DNA of 64,000 nt from Malacoraja senta. Its lineage: Eukaryota. Below are positions 26,626-35,495 of the stretch, in pieces. The stretch covers positions 30,814,001-30,878,000 of the forward strand of contig CM075981.1 in assembly GCA_038087875.1 (NCBI GenBank), given 5' to 3'. How positions within the stretch are numbered: position 1 is the first letter of the stretch; each line of letters starts with the position of its first letter. Both the position numbers and the translations under genes were made by a program. The notes under the pieces were generated by a model. That model saw only the letters and a list, made by a program, of their open reading frames with translations. It did no database searches and was not told the origin of the DNA.

Positions 26626-26941
26626 TTAGTTTAGTTTAGTTTAGTGATACAGCTTGGAAACAGGCCCTTCGGCCCACCAAGTCCCCACCGACCAGCGATC
26701 ACTGCACACTAACACCACCCTACGCACACTAGGGACAATTTTATATTTATACCAAGCCAATTAACCTACAAACCTGTGCTTCTTCGGAGCATGGGAGGAA
26801 ACCGGAAATCTCAGAGAAAGCCCACGCAGGTCACGGGGAGAACGTAGAAACACAGTACAGACAGCACCTGTACTCAGGATCAAACCCGGGTCTCTGGCGC
26901 TGTAAGGCAGTAGTTCTACCTCTACGCCACGGTGCTGCCCA
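26626..26941 (-). mobile_element. HE1-type V-SINE
   Basis: Full head, V-domain and tail. Confidence 0.85.
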
Positions 26942-27803
26942 CCATGTCTACTGATGGATCCAACTTAGTTTCCACTGTGAGAGAAGACCTTTGAAGGCAA
27001 ACACCGTTTAACACATGGGGCCTGCCATTAGCAGCACTTAAGTAACCAACTCATCAGATTGTGATTTTTGGGAGGTGGGGGGGGGGGGGGCGGTCGAGAA
27101 CTAAGGAAGGGGAGGGGACCATTGGGGACAAAATAAGGGGTACTTTGTAACTTTGTCGACGCCCTTTATGTGGTGACTCTTTTTATGCCGAGGTCTGCAA
27201 AAGAAAGCATCTCATGTGAATAGACAATAGACAATAGGTGCAGGAGTAGGCCATTCGGCCCTACTGATCATCCCCAATCAGTACCCCGTTCCTACCTTCT
27301 CCCCATATCCCCTGACTCCGCTATCTTTAAGAATATCCGCTTGAAAGTATCAAGAGAACCGGCCTCCACTGAGGCAGAGAATTCCACAGACTCACAACTC
27401 ACTGTGTGAAAAATTGAAAAAAAAAGTATCTAATCTAATCTAATCTAGAACATGCCAACCAAGAAATAACCTGCTTGTTTTTCTGACTATTGATCTATCC
27501 TCATTCAAATTCATTAGTCACATCACTTCACACCAATTCCATTGCGGTAACTTGATGAAATAACGCAAATTACATTTCCTCACAGAAAAAAAAAGTTTCA
27601 TTTAAGGGTGTGTAAGAAAATAATTTTACCATTTAGCTCTCCAAACACCGATAGCAAGCTGTGAAAATAAGTGAAACAAAGGTTCAGGAAAAGAAGAGTG
27701 GAAAGAAAGAAAGATAATGAGCATGATATAGCTATCCAAAGGCAAAGGCAATTAAAAAGATGAGAATGATCGATGTGAACAAATGGCAAAATAGATACAA
27801 AAT

Positions 27804-27998
27804 ATTGTCAAATCTGCCAACTTCGAGGACCTCTAATTTCAAACAACATACATTTGCAAAGTTCTGTAACACCTGGATACCAAGACAGGCAATAGAGTCG
27901 GCAGAAAGGTGAATCTTCTCCAAAATCAGCAGTGATTGTCAAATCTGCCAACTTTCACAGCCTCTAATCGCAAACAACATACATTTGCAAAGTTTTGT
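27804..27998. repeat. 64-bp direct repeat pair (27804-27867 and 27935-27998, about 88% identical)
   Basis: attgtcaaatctgccaactt...caaacaacatacatttgcaaagtt twice, offset 131 bp. Confidence 0.9.
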
Positions 27999-28028
27999 GA
28001 ATGAAAATGTCAGGTTCAGGCTTGTGAT
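27983..28028 (-). CDS. Candidate 46-nt coding exon ((D)HKPEPDIFIHKTLQ)
   Basis: Acceptor ttgctgtgtcttgCAG, donor AT|GTATGT; phase 1 to 2. Confidence 0.45.
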
Positions 28029-29049
28029 CTGCAAGACACAGCAACCAACCATGAATTACTGGGATGAAGTTGGCAACACAAAAAGCCTGGCAGTATTCTT
28101 TCAAACCTGCCTTTTCAAAACAGGCTTCCTTGACATAAAGCCCTTAGGCAAGTGAGGTCCATCACATTTCAGCCAGCAGATTTGATCCCTAGGAGAGTTG
28201 AGATCCTGGATTGAAAAGAAAGCTGCAACAAATCTGCAGTGATAATGTAGTTGGATATATATTGCCCCCAATGCAAGCATTAAGTAAAATGCGTTTGCTG
28301 TCCAAAGATGATTCCACATTTCAATGCTCAGAACTGTGAAATCAATGCAGTGAGTTCACCGAGTATTCCCTCCTGATTAGTGGTGGAGATCATTAAGAGG
28401 CTGCCAGAGAACAGTAATTGGGCATGGTTTTAAGAGAATAGATGAGCAAATCAATAGTATTAGATGAACTATGGTGACAAGAGGTAGCTGCAAACACTAG
28501 AGCGGACCTGCTGGGCCAAATGTCCTGTTTTAGTGCAGTAGACTGCACAAATAACTCGCACATGTAAATATTGCGTAACAGTAGCTTTTCTTTTTTTGTA
28601 ATCCTTTTGCAAGACATAATTACACAGTGGGTAATAGATTACCGGTACTGCTGGTGATTTTTGTTTTATAACCATAGGAAAAGATTTTTTGCCACGATTG
28701 AAAGAAGAATAAAAACCTCAGTTCTAAAATTTACAGCTGAGGGACATAAATGTGTTTTCAAAGATTTTGCCCAACAGACCAGTCCTTTATAATCAATGCT
28801 CTATCAATAGGATGTCAAGGATAAATCTCAGCCACTGAAATTACATTCTTGGTGCTCTGTGGCTGCACAATGATGAAGCAGGTAGTGCTGCTGTTTCACA
28901 GCACAGGTACCTTGAGCTCGACCCTGACCCCAGTTTGACCCGTGTGAAGATTAATTGATCACCCAGAATCGAGGTGCAGAGGATATAGGTTTAAGGTGAA
29001 GGGAAAAAGATTTAATAGGAATCTGAGTAGGTATGTTACAATACTTGCC

Positions 29050-29320
29050 TTCAGCGGCGCTGTAATTCTGTCACTGGCCGTGTGCGTGATTTTGGCGCCT
29101 TTAAGGGGGGGCGGGGTTAAAGCGCGGGTTTCTCCTCCCTTGTCCTGAATTATACTTTGTTGGAGTACCAGCCTCTGTGGAAGAAGCGTTCCGAGTGCCG
29201 TTTTGCGTAGTTTGTTTTAAAAATCTCCCAACAAGTTCAGCGTTGGAATCATTTAAAAATCATCTTCTGAAGCGTCAACGCCAACAACGGGGACGGATTT
29301 CACACAAGGGAAAGGTAAAC
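29050..29320 (+). promoter_or_regulatory. Putative CpG-rich transposase promoter and non-coding first exon
   Basis: CpG-rich patch with GC box GGGGCGGGG at about 29108; donor AAG|GTAAAC at 29315; T-rich acceptor AG directly before the ATG at 29853. Confidence 0.4.
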
Positions 29321-29852
29321 GAAAATGCTTTATTTTAATGTATAACCGTTCTCCTTAAGAGGCCTTTAATTCACATTTTTACATGCGACACGGTGATTTT
29401 TTCCCCCGAACTAACGGCAATAATTTTCATGCCAATACGGGGTTAAATTCACCACAAATGAACGTTCCAAATGATCGTGTTCCAGAAATCCCCATTCGCA
29501 AGATGATATAAATTCCCATTAATTTACAGGTATTAAACATTCAATTTCTTCCATTTGGCCTATAAATCCATGACAATGAGATAAAAAAATTATGTTATAT
29601 TGTGAATTCTTGTGTGAATATTATTTGGACACTTAAGCTTTTTAAAAATGTTAATATTTTCTTAAATAAATGGATAGATGTTTAAATCTAGTAATTGAAT
29701 TTAGATGAAACTGATGATTTTCTTGTTGAGTATTTACTATTTGTTTTAGCATTTAACTTTATCATTTCTACCTTTTTTTCTAAAGCTGCAAATAATAACT
29801 TGTTTCTGTTAATGATGTTCAGTGTTTTTTTTTAAATTTACATTGTAAATAG

Positions 29853-30179
29853 ATGTCTCCAAAGAAGAAATGCAAAATTGACAATCCAAAAGCCCAGACA
29901 GGCATAGCTAGAGTTCAACTTGAAGAGAAGTTCTCTGTCATGCCTGAGTCTAAGAGGGATCTTAAAAATGGACACATCTTGTACTTGTATACCTCGTTTG
30001 GAAAAAGTCTGCCTGAAACGGAGAAATCGCTGAGTTCACATTTCTCTTTGTCGGATGCAGAAGGCTATTCATTTGTTACTGTTAAGTTAAAAGTGAAGAC
30101 TCTCGTTAACCGGACTTTGCTTAAGTTTAAAAAAACTCACCAATCCCAAGGAACTTGGAGTATTTATGGAAATTTGTGA
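29853..30179 (+). CDS. N-terminal part of the transposase (out of frame with the main ORF)
   Basis: MSPKKKCK NLS-like start. Deleting one A from the A7 run at 30129-30135 fuses it to the 874-aa ORF (978 aa total). Confidence 0.65.
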   Translation: MSPKKKCKIDNPKAQTGIARVQLEEKFSVMPESKRDLKNGHILYLYTSFGKSLPETEKSLSSHFSLSDAEGYSFVTVKLKVKTLVNRTLLKFKKTHQSQGTWSIYGNL

Positions 30180-32790
30180 TGAAACTTTTAAACTTCCAGA
30201 AGGCAGTCAACACATTTCTTTAGATGACATTCCACTGCCTGGTGCTCAAGATCCTGAATCCTTGACATCTGCCGAAAGCCAAGTGCCCATATTTCAAGAC
30301 ACTGAGGACATGGGCGATGACAGTCATAGTCTGCATCCTCCACTGAATCTAGCAATGCCAACGACACCTGCTGCCTCACCTGAACCAATGCCATCGACAT
30401 CTAGTGTTTCAAAAAGATGTAGCAGAGAATTTCTAAGTCTTTCACCAGGGAAACAAAAATTGACGAAAAGACTAAAGTATATGTACGAATCCAGGGCTGC
30501 TCTTTCAACAAAGTATCACACAAAGATCAGTGAACTTAGGGCACGGTTGAAAACTCTCAAACGTATAGTTAATCAAGCCTTAAAGAGAAAGCAAAACCAA
30601 ATAGATTTAAAGGACAGAAAGATTCAGGAACTCAAAACCAAATTACGTGATAATACTTCTGCACGAGTGCTTGCTAACACCAAGGCAGAGTTTTTGAAAC
30701 TTAAAAAAGCACACAGACAATTGCTGATGTTTCGTGGCAGTACGGAAAAGAGGAAAACTGTTTCAATTCACCAGTACAGAAAAGTTCATGAAAATTTAAA
30801 GGACAGGGAAGAGGATGTGAGACGCCTCGAATTTGACAATCTTGTCCTCAAAGAAACAATCGAAAATCTGCAGGCTGCCAGTATTGTCAAGGCAAAGGTG
30901 GGCCAGAAAACCTACTCCTCAACAATAAGGATGCATGTGTTTGACTGTATTGTAAACAGAACTCCCACAGCAAACATTCCAATCCTGATAAGCCAGTTCT
31001 ACAAGCGGAGTGGACTTCATCTGGATTATGTTCCTCGACGCAGTGCAGTTGAAGTTATGGCCCGAGAATTGGGAGCTATTGCTGAGTTGCAAACAGCAGA
31101 GATGCTCCTTGCAACAAGGGGTTTGACTGTGGGGTTTGATGCAACCACCCAGGAAGAGACCCACATTAACAGTGTTCATTTCACCACCACAAACAAATGT
31201 CTCTCTGCAGCAGTTGATGAATTGGCTGGTGGGACTGCTGAGGACTATGCACAACATATTTGCGAAACAATTGACAATTTGTGTAAAACTTACATTTATT
31301 TTAATGAGCAAACAAATTTTCAAGATACAAGACAAAAGATAATCGACAACATTTCAAACACAATGAGTGACAGGTGTGCAGCTAATCATGCTGCTATAAG
31401 AATTGTGAGTAGTGAGTGGGGTAAATATTTGAACGAGCTCTACTGCCACTTGCATCCTCTTGACTCCATTGCTACATCAGTTCGCTCAGCCCAAAAAATG
31501 CAGAAACAATCCGGAGGACAATTCTTATTTGGGAAAGACTGTCTAGCAGTAAATGCCATACTGCAGATGAGCAAACTTAGATACAAAAACGGAAAAGGGG
31601 ACCCAAAAGGATTTGTCGCATTTTTAGATGACAGGAACATCCCCCGAGGTGTCCTCCCACGGTACCGTGGCAACAGATTGCACATACTGTTTCATATTAG
31701 TGGAAAGCTGATAGAATATTATGATGACTTTGTAGCACTGCTGAATAGCGGAACATCCTGTGGGGGGTTGAAAAGCGCCATCCTCCATGACTTCACCCAG
31801 GCTGAAGCAAAAGTAGAACTTCAGATATTGGGCTTACTTGGCAAATATCTGACTGGGCCTTGGATGAAACGCTTCTACACTTCAAGCCAGAATCAGATCA
31901 ACCATGTTGATGGCATCAAAGTGGTTAAAAGGGTGATTGCTGCTCTAAAGGAAGCCACAGAAAATCCAGAGAACATGATATTGGCAAGGGAAGATTTCTT
32001 CGGTGAGGAGGTACATCTTGACGCCACATTGAAAAAACTTTGGGAGCTACCAATGCATCCACAGTTCAGTTCAAAGATGAGGAGCTGTCTTCAAGCTGTC
32101 ATCACTGTGTTGGAGAGGCAATATAGTAAATACTTTGAACTTGATGTAACTGAGAAACTGAAGGAGGAGACTGCATCAGCAAGATCACACAACATTGATG
32201 CGGAGGAGATAATGGGGATATTTAGCTCATTGAAACAGAAATCTCCCAATGCCACCATGTGTTATTTGTCATGTAGGATGCGGGCCTGCAAGAATAGAAC
32301 AGTCAATTACCTTGATAATCTCGAGGAGCATCGTAGGGAGGAGGTGCTCTGTAAGGCAATGAAATTGGGGAGAGTGCAGAGGAACAGACGGAAGAAAAAA
32401 CAGAAGGAATTGAGAGCAGAAATCATCAAGCGACAGAAAGGCAAGGAGCATGCTCGGGACACGAAAGAGAGGAAAAAAATAGAAAAAAAATTGAAAGAGA
32501 CTGATTTAAACAGCATTCGCAGAGATTATCCAAATTTGGACTACTCCAAATGTGATGATCTACAGGACATACTTAATGGGAAAGTAGTGGGCAGAAAGGC
32601 ATGTCATGTGTGGTTTGAAGAGCAAAAACCTGTAGTTTACAATGCCAAAATTGAAAAGTTGAGGAAAAACAAGGTGTACAGAGTTGCTTATTGGTTGCAA
32701 TCTGACGAGTATGATGATGCTACTGATTTTGATATGCCAATGTACCAGCTAGCAGCTGATCTTCTCCTTAAAGATTTGGTCTTTTGCTAG
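30166..32790 (+). CDS. DDE transposase (RNase H fold, CxxH insertion-domain type) with N-terminal coiled coil and C-terminal Tudor/Spindlin-like domain
   Basis: 874 aa uninterrupted. GFD325ATT, MSD402R, C427HLH430 and NIDAE680 fit the D-D-CxxH-E signature of hAT/P/MULE-type transposases. Lies between the TIRs. Confidence 0.88.
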   Translation: MEICDETFKLPEGSQHISLDDIPLPGAQDPESLTSAESQVPIFQDTEDMGDDSHSLHPPLNLAMPTTPAASPEPMPSTSSVSKRCSREFLSLSPGKQKLTKRLKYMYESRAALSTKYHTKISELRARLKTLKRIVNQALKRKQNQIDLKDRKIQELKTKLRDNTSARVLANTKAEFLKLKKAHRQLLMFRGSTEKRKTVSIHQYRKVHENLKDREEDVRRLEFDNLVLKETIENLQAASIVKAKVGQKTYSSTIRMHVFDCIVNRTPTANIPILISQFYKRSGLHLDYVPRRSAVEVMARELGAIAELQTAEMLLATRGLTVGFDATTQEETHINSVHFTTTNKCLSAAVDELAGGTAEDYAQHICETIDNLCKTYIYFNEQTNFQDTRQKIIDNISNTMSDRCAANHAAIRIVSSEWGKYLNELYCHLHPLDSIATSVRSAQKMQKQSGGQFLFGKDCLAVNAILQMSKLRYKNGKGDPKGFVAFLDDRNIPRGVLPRYRGNRLHILFHISGKLIEYYDDFVALLNSGTSCGGLKSAILHDFTQAEAKVELQILGLLGKYLTGPWMKRFYTSSQNQINHVDGIKVVKRVIAALKEATENPENMILAREDFFGEEVHLDATLKKLWELPMHPQFSSKMRSCLQAVITVLERQYSKYFELDVTEKLKEETASARSHNIDAEEIMGIFSSLKQKSPNATMCYLSCRMRACKNRTVNYLDNLEEHRREEVLCKAMKLGRVQRNRRKKKQKELRAEIIKRQKGKEHARDTKERKKIEKKLKETDLNSIRRDYPNLDYSKCDDLQDILNGKVVGRKACHVWFEEQKPVVYNAKIEKLRKNKVYRVAYWLQSDEYDDATDFDMPMYQLAADLLLKDLVFC

Positions 32791-32861
32791 AAATTGTAAA
32801 TTAATTACCTATCTGTTATGGACTTACAGCATATAATACAATAATATTATATATTATAATA

Positions 32862-32956
32862 CACCGAGTGTGACTGAGGAGTGAATGAATAATGCGATGT
32901 AAAGCGCCTTGAGTATTAGAAAGGCGCTATATAAATCCCATCCATTATTATTATTA
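32862..32956 (+). mobile_element. Short L2-type LINE/SINE 3' tail inside the transposon 3' region
   Basis: tgtaaAGCGCCTT-gagtattaga-AAGGCGCTatataaat...(att)n; perfect 8-bp stem at 32903-32928. Confidence 0.7.
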
Positions 32957-33794
32957 ATATTAAAGTTCTGATCTTGTGAATATCACATTTTTGAATTTTC
33001 AAAGCAGTCTGGGTGTTTATTACTATTTCCGTCACAACGGTCAATTTTGTAATTAGCTACAATTAAGTAACTAACTAATTATATGCTGCAATTTCAGGTC
33101 ATCCAAGTAAGATTATTTTATATTTGTTTCAGAATGCTTCAATCTACAATAACTGAAAATTTCATTCAGTTCTCTTAATTTTTAAGAAAGTTATGGGCTT
33201 TTGACTGTCCTCGATCACAGCTTTTGAGACAAGTCAATGGAAAGGCAATAGGGAACAAGATGCTAATTTCCGAGTATGAAAATGGCCATAACATTTTTAA
33301 TACTGAAGATATGAAAGTGAATTAGGTGTCAAATTAAACTTCTTGTAATGCTTTATCTGATGGGATAAATTACAGACTTGATTTTTAAAATCTCAAAATT
33401 TTGTAACATTGCTAATCTGAGGGGCATCTTTCTCACACAAAGGGTGGTGGGTATATGGAACAAGCTGCCAGAGGAGGTAGTTGTGGCAGGGACTATCCCA
33501 ACGTTTAAGAAACAGTTGGACAGGTACATGGAGAGGAAAGTTTTGGAGGGATATGGACCAAACGCAGGCAGGTGGGACTACTGTAGCTGGGACATGTTGG
33601 GCCAAAGGGCCTGTTTCCACACTCTATGACTATAATTGATTTAAAAATACAGAATGGAAATAGGCCCTTCGGCCTACAGAGTCCACACCGACCATTGATC
33701 ACCAGTTCACATTCGTTCGATGTTGTCCCACTTTTTCATCCACTACCTGCACACTCAGGGCAATTTACAGGTCAATTAACCTGCAACTCTGCAC

Positions 33795-35495
33795 ATAGAA
33801 ACATAGAAACATAGAAAATAGGTGCAGGAGTAGGCCATTCGGCCCTTCGAGCCTGCACCGCCATTCAATGTGATCATGGCTGATCATCCAACTCAGTATC
33901 CTGTACCTGCCTTCTCTCCATACCCCCTGATCCCCTTAGCCACAAGGGCCACATCTAACTCCCTCTTAAATATAGCCAATGAACTGGCCTCAACTACTTT
34001 CTGTGGCAGAGAATTCCACAGATTCACCACTCTCTGTGTGAAAAAAAAAAAATCTCATCTCGGTCGTAAAAGACTTCCCCCTTATCCTTAAACTGAGAAC
34101 CCTTGTTCTGGACTTCCCCAACATCGGGAACAATCTTCTTGCATCTAGCCTGTCCAACCCTTTAAGAATTTTGTAAGTTTCTATAAGATCCCCCCTCAAT
34201 CTTCTAAATTCTAGCGAGTACAAGCCGAGTCTATCCAGTCTTTCTTCATATGCGAGTCCTGCCCTCCCAGGAATCAGTCTGGTGAACCTTCTCTGTACTC
34301 CCTCTATGGCAAGAATAATAATAATAATAATAATGGATTTTATTTACGGGCGCCTTATACCGAGGTCTCAAGGACACCATACAGAGATTTATAGAAAACA
34401 TATAATCAGAATTTTAAAAAAAATAGGTTATAAAGACCAATACATAAATCAGGGACAGAATTCCTTCCAAAAACACAAAAAAAAGAAAATCAGAAGCACA
34501 ATTTGAGGAGAGAGCAGCGGCAATTTAACGCCAGCGTCCACTCTCCCCTCCGACCGCCATCTTGAACACAGACTAACAAATACAATTACAAACAATTACA
34601 TACAAAAATCATCCCCCCACAATGATTTCCACTGTGGGGAAGGCACAATGTCCAGTCCCCAGCCCCAGTTCACCCAAAAAAGTCAGGCCAAATGAAGCCC
34701 CCGCTATTGCCTCTACGGAGGCCCGATGATCCTGGCCGTTCTCGCCGGGTGATGTAGCCCCGGCGTCGGGAGAGTCCTCCAGCAGCTGGGCCACCTGGAA
34801 CGGCCGCATTCCTCACCGGAGGCCGCAACTACGGCTGGAACGGCCGATTTCCCGCAGGCGTCCGCAGCACCTGAAGCCGACAAGGCCGCGCCGACTTGGA
34901 GCTCAAGGCTCCAGATGTTGGAGTCGGCGCCGCCGCCCGCGAATGGTCGCTCCAGTCCCGGAGGTGTTGAGCTCGGCGGTCCAGCTCACCGGAGCTCCAG
35001 CGCGTCGGTCCAGCGCGGCGACCCAGGCAAGGCATCGCCCGCTCCGCTGCACAATAGCGCTCCAGCGCCGTGCCGCCACCGAAGCTGAGGGTGCTGTGCG
35101 GTTCCCGCCAGGAATCGCCGCTCCACGCCCGCTGGTAGGCCGCGAGGACGGGTCGAATGGGCAGCCGGAGAGAAGGCTGCCTCACCGACCAGGTAGGGAC
35201 CAGGAAGTGGTTTCCCCTTGATCCCCCCACATTAAAGGCAAAATAAATAAAAACAAAGACTTAAAGAAAAATAAAAAAACTTAGTAAAAAAGTGCAATTA
35301 ACGGACGGCTGCTGTTTTGCAGCCGTTCCTCAAGATGGCTCCTCCCATGAGTTTGTCTTTCCTCAGATTAGGAGACCAAAACTGTACGCAATACTCCAGG
35401 TGTGGTCTTACCAAGGCCCTGTACAACTGCAGTAGAACCTCCCTGCTCCTATACTCAAATTATTTTGCTATGAATGCTAACATACCATTCGCTTT
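33795..35495 (-). mobile_element. CR1 fragment (33795-34313 and 35352-35495) split by a GC-rich retroposon
   Basis: YSLEFRRLRGDLIETYKILKGLDRLDA; the sequence resumes at tgtctttcctcagattaggagacc. Confidence 0.85.
34314..35350 (-). mobile_element. GC-rich ORF-less retroposon with an L2-type tail
   Basis: GCCATCTT near the 5' end, CpG-rich body, hairpin CCCCACAGTG-GAAAT-CATTGTGGGG, tail gtgtccttgag...aaggcgcc..taaataaaat(att)n. Confidence 0.65.

Larger units (their letters stand above)
29028..33414 (+). mobile_element. Full-length cut-and-paste DNA transposon, hAT-related (hATw-like)
   Basis: TIRs TAGGTATGTTACAA (29028-29041) and TTGTAACATTGCTA (33401-33414), 12/14 match. Perfect 7-bp TSD ATCTGAG (29021-29027, 33415-33421). 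Internal DDE transposase. Confidence 0.92.
28960..33630 (+). mobile_element. CR1 3' fragment split by the DNA transposon (28960-29027 and 33422-33630)
   Basis: Removing the insert and one TSD restores YRFKVKGKRFNRNLRGIFLTQRVVGIWNKLPEEVV. Confidence 0.85.

Noticed and set aside
28107-28205. 99-nt AG-GT bounded open frame (DLNSPRDQICW...)
   Set aside because: Phase 0-0 is incompatible with the adjacent phase-1 exon only 78 nt away, and the donor GTTTGA is weak.
30126-30135. Programmed -1 ribosomal frameshift at TTTAAAA
   Set aside because: Joining the two ORFs needs a +1 shift, not -1.
32862-32956. L2 tail as proof of transfer from a teleost host
   Set aside because: A similar, fairly intact L2-type tail occurs on a resident element at 34314-34380, so it could have been acquired locally.
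29020-33421. 8-bp TSD AATCTGAG (canonical hAT/P length)
   Set aside because: It would require the right end to lose its terminal A and break the TAG...CTA symmetry. The 7-bp reading fits better, though one copy cannot settle it.
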